The notes beneath the pieces are model-generated. The model saw only the letters and a program-made list of their open reading frames with translations. It did no database searches and was not told the origin of the DNA. Source: Octopus vulgaris (Eukaryota). Taken from it: DNA of 64,000 nucleotides. Position 1 is the stretch's first letter, and each line of letters opens with the position of its first letter. Shown piece after piece: positions 14,985 to 28,760 of the stretch. Where the stretch lies: NCBI GenBank assembly GCA_951406725.2, contig OX597815.1, forward strand, positions 39,742,001 through 39,806,000, read 5' to 3'. The translations under genes were made by a program, and so were the position numbers.

Positions 14985-14985
<1 letters not shown>
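13846..14985 (-). mobile_element. Internally deleted Helitron retaining the RepHel N-terminus
   Basis: CTAG with GAC(T)CGGC-GTT-GCCGGGTC hairpin at 13846-13875; CEHCNAMKWPGETSGMCCSNGKVQL zinc motif; ~69-bp ETPEQTQAR-type repeats. Confidence 0.85.
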
Positions 14986-15718
<733 letters not shown>

Positions 15719-15719
15719 T

Positions 15720-16015
15720 CACCATGATCACTGTGACTGACCAGGCTATCAGATGTTGCTACATATCGCTGGTCACAATGCGCTTCACATTGTTTTAGCC
15801 TTCAAATGGCGCCACCCCGCGGGCTAAGCGAGCAGGTCAACAGAAGAAAGAGTGAGAGAAAGTTGTGGCGAAAGAGTACAGCAGGGATCGCCACCACCCC
15901 CTGCCGGAGCCTCGTGGAGCTTTAGGTGATTTCGCTTAAATAAACTCTCACAACACCCGGTATGGGAATCGAAACCGCGAGTCCGCTGCCCTAACCACTG
16001 GGGCATTGCGCCTGC
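15720..16015 (-). mobile_element. tRNA-derived SINE, family A
   Basis: Reverse complement of the 22936 copy. Confidence 0.8.
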
Positions 16016-16131
16016 ACACATTCGTTTAAAGATTATGGGATCCTTTTCTTCTTTGATCAGTTTTGGGACAATGTTAAACAGAGCAGGGCTTGTTGATATA
16101 TATATATATATATGAATATATATATACATTC

Positions 16132-16194
<63 letters not shown>

Positions 16195-16195
<1 letters not shown>

Positions 16196-16475
16196 AATGG
16201 CCCTGCCCTGTTCAACATTGTCCCATAACTGATGAAAGAGGAAAAGGATCCCATCATCTTTAAACGGAGTCTTGACAAATTTCTTCTAGGAAGAACAGAT
16301 AAGCCACCTTTACCTGGCTACAACTCACTCAACAAGAACTCCTTACATGAATGGACCATGGAACCACAAACTTGACTTATAAAGGATTTAAATAATCCTA
16401 TCAGGTAATGCTATTAAGTTAGACATAGCCTGGACCAATCTTTGGTCGAAACATATCTAAGTTTTATCTAAGATT
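16195..16475 (+). mobile_element. CR1/L2-group LINE 3' end, with an inverted partial copy at 16022-16089
   Basis: GPALFNIVP...IFKRSLDKFL, similar to 9937-10060. Confidence 0.75.
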
Positions 16476-16559
16476 TATACATATATATATTCATATATAT
16501 ATACATACACACACACACATATATATATATATTCATATATGTATATGCATATATATTCA

Positions 16560-16732
<173 letters not shown>

Positions 16733-16782
16733 GTATATATATATATTTTATATATATATATGTGTATATATATATGTATATA

Positions 16783-16839
<57 letters not shown>

Positions 16840-17500
16840 GAAAGAAGGTTTGAAAATGCAATTTTAAAAGATGTTTATTTACTTTACCGGTTTCACTCTT
16901 TGGAAAAAGATTGTCAAAAGTAACATGTAAAAGTTTTGTTGTGTTAATTATTGGTTGTTACAAAATGCTACATTACATATATACAGTCTTTGGTAACAAG
17001 AACATGTTAAGGACATAAGAAAGTTTAACAAGTTCCTTAAAATATTAGGCACAAAAGATTTCAACATAAATATACATTCTCAAGAAAATGCTAAAGATAG
17101 TTTCCAGAAGGAATTATTAAAAAGTTCAGTGGGATATTGGTATTGTATCTGTATATTCAAACACGCACAGAATATTGATTGTCACAGAGTACTACAATAC
17201 ATATATATACATTCTTTGGTGACAAGAACATGTTAAGAACATAAAAAAGTTTAACAAGTTCATTGAAATATTGGGCACAAAAGATTACAACAAATATATA
17301 CATTCTCAAGAAAATGTAAAAGATAGTTTCCAGAAGGAATTATTAAGTTCAGTGGAATATTGGTATACACGCACAGAATATTATGAGTTCAAAAAGGTTT
17401 ACATTATAATAGTAGGGAAGCTTAAACTGACCTGTCCACCATGTTAACGTAAAATACTATTATCTATTTTAAGGGACACTCATGCGGAACCCTACAACTC
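16840..17500 (-). mobile_element. Penelope pLTR-like segment with a hammerhead motif and two ~200-225-bp tandem units
   Basis: Hammerhead motif 16879-16923; duplicated units at about 16967-17190 and 17191-17385. Confidence 0.6.
16879..16923 (-). ncRNA. Minimal hammerhead ribozyme motif, U3-A8 variant
   Basis: TTACTT TTGACAA TCTTT-TTCC-AAAGA GT GAAA CCGG TA AAGTAA, with a 6-bp stem I. Confidence 0.6.
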
Positions 17501-17520
17501 CACTTTGTTATATATATATA

Positions 17521-17915
17521 GGCGCAGGAGTGGCTGTGTGGTAAGTAGCTTGTCTACCAACCACATGGTTCCAGGTTCAGTCCCACTGCGTGGCACCTTG
17601 GGAAAGTGTCTTCTACTATAGCCTCGGGCCGACCAAAGCCTTGTGAGTGGATTTGGTAGACGGAAACTGAAAGAAGCCCGTGGTATATATGTATATATAT
17701 ATATGCATGTGTGTGTTTGTGTGTCTGTGTTTGTCCCCTAGCATTGCTTGACAACCGATGCTGGTGTGTTTATGTGCCCGTTACTTAGCGGTTCGGCAAA
17801 AGAAATCGATAGAATAAGTACTGGGCTTACAAAAGAATAAGTCCCGGGGTCGAGTTGCTCGATTAAAGGCGGTGCTCCAGCATGGCCGCAGTCAAATGAT
17901 TGAAACAAGTAAAAG
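17521..17915 (+). mobile_element. tRNA-derived CORE-like SINE, family B (near full length)
   Basis: A-box TGGCTGTGTGG, B-box-like GGTTCAGTCCC, CACCTTGGG.AAGTGTCTT core. Confidence 0.85.
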
Positions 17916-17916
17916 A

Positions 17917-17974
<58 letters not shown>

Positions 17975-18061
17975 CATACATATTGTTCATCATCATCATC
18001 GTCATTTCATGTCTGCTTGACATGCTACTATGTGTAGGACGGTTTGACTGAGGGCTGATGA

Positions 18062-18107
<46 letters not shown>

Positions 18108-18549
18108 ATATATATAAAGAAACCTTCTTCGTTGAAAAATATTAGCTAAAACTTAACCATTTCTAACATTTTTAAATAAGGAAACTTACCTCATTGAAAA
18201 AAATATAAAGCAAAACCTAACCACTCGTAACACTCTGTTCCTTCTAAACCAAATCATGTTAAATTACTCAAGCCTAGTCATTCCCAAAATTTTAGATTAT
18301 CTCCCTCATAACGGAAAAAAAATCCCTGATTACCTTCCCCTGCTTGGAACTCTATATTTCACAACATAGAGAAGACATGACACGATATAGGTAAAGAAAA
18401 TTGAGAAATTTGAAATGACAATACGAAACCGGTTATTTCTCCAAAAACTATGTTACTATACGCAAAATTTTATAACATTTTTCTAACATAACGATTTAAA
18501 TATATTCTATAACCATATAACACAAGCTTTCGGTAGTTTTTTCACTCTT

Positions 18550-18584
<35 letters not shown>

Positions 18585-18585
<1 letters not shown>

Positions 18586-18913
18586 GAGCAAAATGCCTCT
18601 TCCCCCGTCCAATGGACGGTGCTGAGTTATCAAACATTCAAACCAAACTTTCTCAAAATAACTTGTCCGACCGTCCCTTAGACACCAGCAAAAGAGAAAT
18701 AACGATAGACTTATTTTTCTATTCCAAAGAAAAACGATTTCCCACTGCTTTATCGATCTCATTCTCACCTGGAATCGATTTTTGTAATTTTTTCAAGATT
18801 TATACACGCCCTGATACCGTCGGTATCTACATATCAAATTTGAGCGCAATCGGATGGAGGATGCCCGAGATCATAGAAGCCACACACACACCGAATGGAT
18901 TTTATATAAGAGA
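18585..18913 (-). mobile_element. Short non-autonomous Helitron
   Basis: Minus strand starts A|TCTCTTATATAAAA, has a CCGTCC/GGACGG hairpin near the 3' end, and ends CTCG|T. Confidence 0.7.
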
Positions 18914-18921
18914 TATTCATA

Positions 18922-19049
<128 letters not shown>

Positions 19050-19073
19050 TGTATATATATATATTAATATATG

Positions 19074-19138
<65 letters not shown>

Positions 19139-19139
19139 G

Positions 19140-20060
19140 GAGTTTAACGCAGGTATAATTCAAATACTTTTACTTCCGACACATGTTTCGAAGATTTCAC
19201 TGATATTATTCCAAAGGAATAAATGGTATAAAGCAATGTAATTTTCTCTTCATGGAAGTGAAGAAATAAAACTCGTCAATAAGACATTTTAACAGAAAGT
19301 GATGGATATGTATAGTGATTTACTGAACGCTATTAATATTGTTTGAAAAACGTTATATGATATAACGTTAGAAGAAGCCTAAAGAAAGGGGAGGGATATT
19401 CTTTTTAGTGAATGTTAAATATAAAAAGAAAATTAATGTTTAAATTATATATAATGATAGAGATTACTTATATGAACTAAAGATGTGTTTTTGCCAGTGT
19501 TTACATCGGTACACGCTCTATAACCGTATTTACTAGGGGATTTTTAGAAAAAATGATGAAAAATAGTTCAGAATTACAGAGAAGACAGAATTCCTTTGTC
19601 AGAAGGTATCGAGATTGAGAGAGTCAACCATTCTAAATTAAATTGTTCATTGTGGTCTTTTAGATCGCAAATTAATTTACTGAGCCCTGTACTGTTACGT
19701 TTATTCCTATCCCTAAATGTTGAGTAATGGATAGAAATTCTTTTGGATAGCTGTAACGACGTGCTTCCAATGTAAAATCGTACTTTATTAAGAGTACTCT
19801 TACAAATTATCTCCTCACGTAATAACAAGCTGTTAAATATTAATACATTTACTAATACTAACATTAATTTAGCTTATACCATCCATCCCTCTAGAAATGT
19901 GGATAACAAGGTTATTGTATCTGAAGTCAATTCCAACAGAATTAAGTTTATGTCAAGTAACTCTAAAATTATAAATTCTATATACCAGTGTATAATCAGT
20001 ACTCGTTTTGACTGCTTCTTCTAACGGGTAAACATTTCCTGTTAAAAGTAGTTTTCACTG
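19140..20060 (-). mobile_element. Penelope-like element 3' part (GIY-YIG endonuclease and pLTR)
   Basis: FYIGSTSLQLSKRISIHYSTFRDRNKRNSTGLSK...LEW. Confidence 0.85.
19172..19259 (-). ncRNA. Type I hammerhead motif with a C3A core change
   Basis: ACTTCC ATGAAGA GAAAATT..AATCTTC GAAA CATGTG TC GGAAGT. Confidence 0.6.
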
Positions 20061-20131
20061 GTGTTTACATGTACACTATTTTATATCTACTATATATATT
20101 CATATGTATATATAGATACATACGTACACGT

Positions 20132-20187
<56 letters not shown>

Positions 20188-20246
20188 GTATATATATATG
20201 TATATATATACCTATATATATATATATATATATGTATATGTATATA

Positions 20247-20330
<84 letters not shown>

Positions 20331-20587
20331 ATGTATATATATTCACAAGCATATATATATATACGTATATATATTAAGTATATATACATATATATATATA
20401 TACACACACATATATATAAACGGTATATGTATATCATAATCATATATATATTTATACATATGTATATATATATGTATATATGTGTATATATATATATATT
20501 TTCCATATATGTATATATTTATATTCATACGTGTACATATATACATATCATCATCATCATCGTTTAACGTCCACTTTCCATGCTGGC

Positions 20588-20784
20588 TTGTCAAACTGTG
20601 TGTTTTGTTACCCTAATAACCACAGCTTTTGAGATAGGGATTTCTAACCTAGTCCACTCACTTCCTCGCCTCTTTTTACATGTCCCTGTAAATTTTGGAG
20701 CCAATCCGATCCCATCTAGTGCTCCTTAACCCGTTCCAATCGCAAAATGAGACAAACTTTTCGCATTTCATCTTTTTAGATTGA
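20588..20784 (-). mobile_element. 5' fragment of the composite Helitron
   Basis: Matches 13538-13741; lies head-to-head with copy 2. Confidence 0.8.
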
Positions 20785-20897
20785 TACATACATACATACA
20801 TACATACATACATAAACACACACACAGACACATATATATAGTATATAGATATACATACATACATACATACATATATATATATACATTCATATACATA

Positions 20898-21407
20898 TCA
20901 ATATCTATAAATCTGAAATGAGAAAGTTTGTCTGGTTTTAGCATTGGAACGGGTTAAAGGGCACTAGATCCCGTTGGATTGACTCCAAAATTTACAGCGA
21001 CATGTAAAATGAGGTGGGGATGTGAGTGGGCTAGGTTAGAAATCCGTATCTTAAAAAGAGCAAAAAACGCACACTTTGATAAGTCTTCTCTTATCTGCCT
21101 GTCTTCCTCCGTCTCTCTCTGTTTCCTTCCTTCCCATCACTTTCTCTCTATAACGACGTTCGACAGTTACTACTATCTTTTCCCCGCCGCCTTCGCCAGT
21201 GCTGTCACTCTTTCATCCACTGCCCCCTCTCTCTCTCTCTCTCTGTACGTCTGCAGGATTCATAGGGAGTTTATTATCGCCACCACCACTACACAATCAT
21301 GAGAACAAATATTATAAATCAGATATTTATTGGGTTAATTTATATGTGTTTGTGTGTATGTATGTATCTATATATAAATATGTATATATACAAAGTGTAT
21401 ATATCTG

Positions 21408-21445
<38 letters not shown>

Positions 21446-21478
21446 GTACACACACACATACATATATATCTAATTTGT

Positions 21479-21509
<31 letters not shown>

Positions 21510-22840
21510 ATGCATATATATGTACATATATATATTTAATGCGTATATATATATATTATGTGTGCATTATGAGGTCGGTTGAGCTGAAAATTTGCACACC
21601 GATGTTAAAAGTGATGGCGAGTTTGTATGACAACTATTTTTTCCTCAAATGAAAGGCGTGACCTCTAAGACAAAATTCCTCATCTTTTAAAATGTGGCCC
21701 GATTACACGCGAATGAGATCGGGTTATATTAACCAAACAAGTAAAACAATGAAGAACTATGCTATTTTAATCCCAAGTAAGGTCAGGTATTTCTGTAGGT
21801 CTACTACATATTTGTGAAAAGAGCAGACGTTGTCTCACAACAGTTATACAGGCAAAAGTGTTAGTAAATATGGTTGGATTGAGCTGAAAATTTGCACACC
21901 TATGTTAAAAGTCCTGGTGAGTTTGCATGGTAACTTTGAGTTTGCTCAATTGAAAGGTGTGGCCTCTAGGGCAAAATTCCTCATCTTTTAATGTGTGGCC
22001 CGCGTAGACCCGAATGAAATCGGGTTATAATACCGAAACAAATAAAACAATGATAAACTATTTTAATCCCGAACAAGACCGGGTTTTTCTGCTATCTCTA
22101 TACATAAAAGAGGCTTTGGGTCAAAATTGTGTGTATATATACATATTTTGCTACGTCAGAGGTTGGCGGCCAGACCAGTGGTCAGATCGAGCTGGAAATT
22201 GACACAGGCTAAGAAGGCGTGATGAGGCAGAGAGTTGAGTAGATTAAAACTCACAATCTGGAAAGATGCAGTTGCTATGGTGAAGATTCAAGGGGGCTCT
22301 AAGCCCCTCCAGATTGGCACGATTGGCAACTAATTTTATCTATAAAATGAAGAAGACGAACGTAGATACAAATTGGATTTTTATGTCAAAAGGGGTCTAA
22401 ATGGGGTTGGAAGGGGATTCAAATTTACAGGAGGGTGTAATTTGATGGGGTAAATTGATTGGGAGACGTTTTGTGACGCTATAGTGGTTGCTTTGCTGTG
22501 AAAACAGGGATTTTATTGATTTGGGGGGGACACTTGGTTGGCTAGATCGGACACCTTTTGCCCGATTTCAGTCAAATTTTCAACACGGTAAAGTGGAAGC
22601 GGATTTGTAATTTAAACGCAGAAATCTAATTTTTTTATAAATGGCAGAGAGATAGATAGAGAAAGATTGCGAGTAAGAGAAAGCGAGGGAAAGTCCGAGA
22701 GAAAGGAAGAGTAAGAGAGTGGGAAAATTAGAAAGGATAGAGAAACAAAGAGGGAGAATGTGGCGATAAAAAAAGAAAGGAAGCAACAGAAAGTAACAAC
22801 CACAACCTCACCCGCGCGTAGAGCGGGTCACCTTAAGCTA

Positions 22841-22841
<1 letters not shown>
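20898..22841 (+). mobile_element. Non-autonomous composite Helitron, copy 2
   Basis: A|TC...ACCCGC-N7-GCGGGT hairpin...CTAG|T: canonical Helitron termini in an AT target, no TSD. Confidence 0.88.
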
Positions 22842-22935
<94 letters not shown>

Positions 22936-23300
22936 GAGGCGCAATGGCCCAGTGGTTAGGGCAGCGGACTCGTGGTCGGGGGATTGCGGTTTCGATTCCC
23001 AGACCGGGCATTGTGAGTGTTTATTGAGCGAAAACACCTAAAGCTCCACGAGGCTCCGGCAGGAGGTGGTGGCGATCCCTGCTGTACTCTTTCGCCACAA
23101 CTTTCTTTCACTCTTTCTTCTGTTGGCCTGCTCGCTTAGCCAGCAGGGTTAGATTTCTGCGTTTAAATTACAAATCCGCTTCCACTTTACCGGGTTGAAA
23201 ATTTGCTCGCTTAGCCAGCGGGGTGGCGTCATTTAAAACAACGCGAAGCGCATTGTGACCAGCGGTGTGTCGCAACATCTGAGAGATATATATCACGGTG
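22936..23300 (+). mobile_element. tRNA-derived SINE family A, interrupted by a 57-bp insertion
   Basis: A-box TGGCCCAGTGG, B-box GTTTCGATTCC. Confidence 0.85.
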
Positions 23301-23362
23301 ATATATATATATATGTACTTTCTTGGAAATTGATGCGTGGCGTTCAATCATATAATATATAT

Positions 23363-23417
<55 letters not shown>

Positions 23418-23633
23418 AATTTTTTGGTAGTAAATACTTATGTCCCTCTTAGTGTGAGGCATTTATGTGTAATAATGCCCTCTATATAATATAAATTAAT
23501 ATGTTCAAAAGAAAAAAGTTATTTTCGAATTTTTTCTCTTATGAGGTTTTTCACGCTAACTACCGGATAATTTCTTGTTAAGATTCCTTATTAAGAAGTT
23601 ATCCTTAATTGTTAAATTATATATATTCATATA

Positions 23634-23676
<43 letters not shown>

Positions 23677-23678
<2 letters not shown>

Positions 23679-25616
23679 AGAATATATGTCCTTTCATTAA
23701 TCCAGTCTTCCTTTCCGGAAGTAACGGGATCTATATTGGGATGACACCTTAATTTTTCTAGATATAAGTATTAAAGTACAGTTAGAAAGGCATAGGAAAA
23801 AGTTCTTTATATTTTTCAAAAAATTAGCGCTAAACATTACTATAGGTAAAGATTATCGTAGAGTGAATGTTCTTTACGCTACCTTCTGTCTTGATACTGG
23901 ATTATTCGAACCATTTCATAAGCCAAATGATCATATTAAGTACATTAACGTAGCATCCAACCACCCACCTTCGATTATACGGGGACTAATTAAGAATATT
24001 TCTACACGAATCTCTAGATTAATTCTAACAATAAAATTTCCGAATCTCATGCAACTTGTTATAATGCTGCTCTAGCTCGGGCTGGGTACTGTGAAAAAAT
24101 TCAATATATACAACAAGCAGGCATACACAACACTGATTATTCCTCCAACTGTGATGCACATTGTTACCGTTTGAGAATTCATTCAGATAAAAAAATACTG
24201 GCCAGAAAGAATTGGTCATATCAATGAACTACCAACGAAAATTCATATACACACGTGACATATAATCCAACTGCTTCTTCCAATCCTTTTACAACACACT
24301 CGATCAAATAAACCTAACAACAGATATAGGGAAAAGGATGTCCTCTAGTTCAAACCCGATTTTCGGTTTGCATGGTTCAACCAAAATCGCTGGAAAATGT
24401 TTTACTGCTTTGGACAAGTATTTTCCTAAACCTAATCGGTATCATGCTATTTTTAATCGACACACCATGAAGGTATCCTACGCCAACTCGGCTGATTTAG
24501 AGCAGCTTATGCATAGCATAAACAATAGCAAAATGCAGCAAATGTTCAATAACCCACCTACTGGGCCTAGCGAACATTTACATCTAAATACCAACCAAGG
24601 AGATGTAAACTGCATTGATAAACACTAACTACGACCAATTTGTAGTAGTAGAAATACAGCTAGCACGGTAACAACGCCGGTAAATGGAGTCGGGAATGCC
24701 TTATATACAAATAATACGATAAATGCTCATGCAGAGAAAAATCAAAATGTCCTTTGATGAATCTCTGTATGAGTACAAAACTTGAATATAAATGTACCGT
24801 GCACACATGGGGAGGGCTCTATGTTTACATTGGGCAGACGGCTGATTCATTTACGAATCGCTATCGTAACCATGTTGCCAGCTTTAAGACAATAAATAAG
24901 AGATATTTAACATTTTTGGCAAATTTTGTATGGCGACTGAAGGAGGACAAAACGAAGTACAGCATTAACTGGTCCATAGTAAGGTATGCAAAACCATACA
25001 ATATAATTTCCAGGAGATGCCGTCTCTGCTCCGAGGAATCCCTGTCTATTCTGTGGATAATTGAGAAGATAATTAATAGAATTTCTGAATGACTCTCGAG
25101 ATGCCTACACGCATATAAATGTACTTTCGCACAATGCAGTGAGAATGAATCTTAAGTAGTAACCGTTAACTTAATTTATTTTAAAGTACGGAAGATATAA
25201 GTTTACTTTTAACCTCCCCATTCTTATAAACACCAAGTAGATAACTAACTCCCTTTATGATCATGAGTGCACCAAACCTCACGTGTACGTATGCTCACAA
25301 TTTTGTGGATGCTTCTATGAGAGAGTGTACTCGGGCCATGCAGATTGCCCGAGGGCGTTTATACATCCATATCTGTTAACGGTTATTTTTAATACTCACT
25401 AGATTGCGCGTTCGTTTCTTTTTTTTTATCTTCTATATAAATGAAGATATTTCCTCCGTCTGGCTGCATTTCTCTCTACAAAACGGAAGGTTACATTGCG
25501 GGACAGTTATCTGCACCACTGGATGCTCCTGAACCAGTTGTTGATGCTAGATGTGTAAAAACAATTGTCATGATTAATAATAAATTCTCGTATATTCCAT
25601 CTTCTGTCTTTCATTT
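23677..25616 (+). mobile_element. Penelope-like element (RT thumb, GIY-YIG, pLTR), frameshifted
   Basis: PFHKPNDHIKYINVASNHPPSII; VYIGQTADSFTNRYRNH...WSIV...CRLCSEE. Confidence 0.9.
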
Positions 25617-25775
25617 GAAATCCTCCAGCTAATCACCATCTCTTCAGTGTTCTGTTGGGATGGGTAGATAAGGCTCGGATGATGAATGTGTCTCTAGGCT
25701 TTTTCAGAGGGTCTAAGTGGTTGGGAAGGCAAATACATATAAGAAACAGTTAATAACAGTTAATAAGATCCATGT

Positions 25776-25855
<80 letters not shown>

Positions 25856-25899
25856 TATGTATGTATGTATGCATGTATATGAATATATATATATATATG

Positions 25900-25960
<61 letters not shown>

Positions 25961-26527
25961 ATCGCATTGCTTTAGCCTTCGAATGACGCCACCCCAGATA
26001 TATATATCTGTGTGATTTAGAGGTTGAGAAACCAACTAAGGGATAGTACCCATCCAATATACTGCTGGTAGTGTACCCAATTACTCTAACCCAAGGGTTA
26101 GTTATTTCGTGGCAAGCTCGTAATTGAGTGTTATATATGGGCGGGGGTAAAAAGTGGTTTACCCTTGATGTATACGGCAAATAAAACAGTGGAGAGGATA
26201 CAAAATCGACAGACATCAGCCGGTAAACATTCTGGTATGTCTATTTATTCCAATGTATTATATGAATGCATACACATGTATTAGTAGTACAGAACTGAGC
26301 AAATTGTCAGTCGGTGCTAGTTCCTTACGGCCGTTTCTGCCAAGAAGCAACGAAATCCTCCAGCTAATCACCATCTCTTCAGTGTTCTGTTGGGATGGGT
26401 AGATAAGGCTCGGATGATGAATGTGTCTCTAGGCTTTTTTAGAGGGTCTAAGTGGTTGGGAAGGCAAATACATATAAGAAACAGTTAATAACAGGTACAG
26501 TGTATTTGTCTTTTATATAAAAGAGCG

Positions 26528-27210
26528 GAAAAAGAATAGGAGTAAGTATAAGAACAAACATGAGGATGTGAGTGAAGTACATCTTAGTATGATGATTTGG
26601 GTATAGGAAGAGGAAATAAGATACAGACTTCCTGTAATGCATTATAAGATCCATGTTATTTTGTCCAAATAACATGGATCTTATAATACATCACAGTCGT
26701 GAATATAGTCGTCGTTCTCAGGAGGGTTTTTTTCAAGAAGGGTAAATATAGGCAGTAGTTCACTTTATGTTTACATAGAAGTTCAGTGGTGGGTTTGAAG
26801 ATATGGTCCGTGTTACGGAGTGCCAGTTAGTAGGTGCCACGTTGCGGATGGTATGGCATAAACTTATGGCATAAGCTGCTAATACCATGCCATCCGCAAC
26901 GTTGCACTTACTAACTGGCACATTACATATAAACTTTCACCTCCGTAACAAAGATCATATCTTCAAACCCACCACTGAACTTCTATGTAAACATAATGTT
27001 GAACTACTGCCTAAATTTACCCTTCCGGAAAAACACCTCCTGAGAATGACTATATTCACCTATCCACGATTGGACAAAATGACATGGATCTTATAATAAA
27101 TCACGGGAAGTCTGTATCTTATTTCCCCTTGCTATACCCGAATCATTATACTAAGATGTACTTCATTCACATCCTCATGTTTGTTCTTATTCTTACTCCT
27201 ATTCTTTTTC
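26528..27210. repeat. Long imperfect palindrome (arms about 26528-26856 and 26885-27210), probably a Penelope inverted duplication
   Basis: For example gaagttcagtggtgggtttgaagatatg versus catatcttcaaacccaccactgaacttc. Confidence 0.85.
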
Positions 27211-27575
27211 TAAGCAGATACTATATGGGGAAATTGTGAATGGAAAGAGACCCCGGCAGAAACCAAGGCTGCTATTTAAGGACTGTGTCAAGTCCTCATT
27301 AAAGGCCTGTGATATGCAGGAGACTGACAGGGAGAACAATGGAAGACGACACTTTTGAGAAAGCACGTATTCTGCATGAAGAAATTAAGCATGCTGTTCG
27401 AAAGCGCACTGCTGGTGTAGTGAATGGGGAACGTTTGATCTACACTTTTTTCCTGTCGTGTATGCTTGTCAAGAACAGGGTCATTTGCCATTAACGGAGC
27501 TGCAAATGCAAAATATAAGTTAGTCCTAGAGCACACAATGTTCCTGAAGGTCAGCAATGGTCTTCCTCGGTCATC
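27211..27575 (+). mobile_element. RTE/BovB-like LINE C-terminal fragment
   Basis: KQILYGEIVNGKRPRQKPRLLFKDCVKSSLK. Confidence 0.7.
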
Positions 27576-28276
27576 ATATGAATATATATAAAAAGGCGGA
27601 CAGGAGAAACAACAATTAGAAGGACCGGCAAAAAAAGACGAGTCATTCTTGGCTTTCTTTCATCAGTCAAGTCCCAGAAGTCATGACCATTTCGGGCAGT
27701 TACACTTGAGATGGTTCGATCTGGTTGGCCCTCAAAAAGTCTAAGCTAAGAGCATTAGACCCCTTTGTAAGAAAGCTAGCTAATATGTACGGCAACAAAG
27801 CAAATAAACAACAACAACAACAAAAACAAAACGGAGAACATAGTACACAATTACGAATACAAACAAAAAGAAATAACAACAGGCGTCTTTCGACAGAGAA
27901 CGAATCAAATTGAGCTGGCGTGTATGAAGTGAAAGTCTAAAGGCTGGAATATGGGAGATGTACACAAGCGGTGTTGACGGTCGGCAGTCAGGCTAAGAAA
28001 GAAAGATCACGGTTGGTAGGACACCGGTCACGTGGAAGGAGGAGAGATGGGTCGGGAACAGCGGGATTGAAGGATAAGAAAAGAAAGAGAAAGGTACAGG
28101 GGAGATAAGCGAGTGGGAAATAGTGGGAGTTAAAGAAAGAGAGGGCTAATAAATGTGAGAGAAGGGGTGCGAGAAAAAGGAAGGAAAATGAAAGGGGGAA
28201 TAAAAGATAAAGAGTCGTACAAAATTTAGATACATACCTTCTATAAGGTGAGTACAAGGGTGTAGTACGCCGTTAT

Positions 28277-28326
<50 letters not shown>

Positions 28327-28329
<3 letters not shown>

Positions 28330-28746
28330 GATCTTTCGTCTCTAGTAGACCTTTCCGTCGATTTCCGTAAAAATATATTTTTTTTACATATGGGCTTGCG
28401 GGAACTTTTGAAGTAATATACATACATATACACGTACACCGAGTAAAAAATTTCAGTTATCTCTTTCTTTCACACATTACTCTGTCTCTTCACACACACT
28501 AACAGAAGCATTTCACTTACACAACATACTGTCTGTCTCCCACACCCCATCAAACACACACACACACATGTACATCAATGCTTGCCATGCACGGTAACTT
28601 CAAAAGAACTTCCCTCGTCATAAAATCGCTTTCTCTTAGTCTCTTTCGCTCTCATTATTTCAAAAGTTCCCGCAAGCCCATATGTAAAAAAAAAAAAAGT
28701 TTTTACGGAAATCGACGGAAAGGTCTACTAGAGACGAAAGATTGCC
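28327..28746. mobile_element. MITE with ~90-bp terminal inverted repeats, inserted in (TA)n
   Basis: GGCGATCTTTCGTCTCTAGTAGACCTTTCCGTCG... versus ...CGACGGAAAGGTCTACTAGAGACGAAAGATTGCC. Confidence 0.88.
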
Positions 28747-28760
28747 ATATATATATATAT

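Noticed and set aside
22936-23010. tRNA gene
   Set aside because: A and B boxes continue into a multi-copy SINE body with no complete cloverleaf; the same applies at 5558, 17521 and 60886
25505-25575. Hammerhead in the Penelope pLTR
   Set aside because: A palindromic ACAATTGT-C is present but no recognisable CUGANGA or GAAA core
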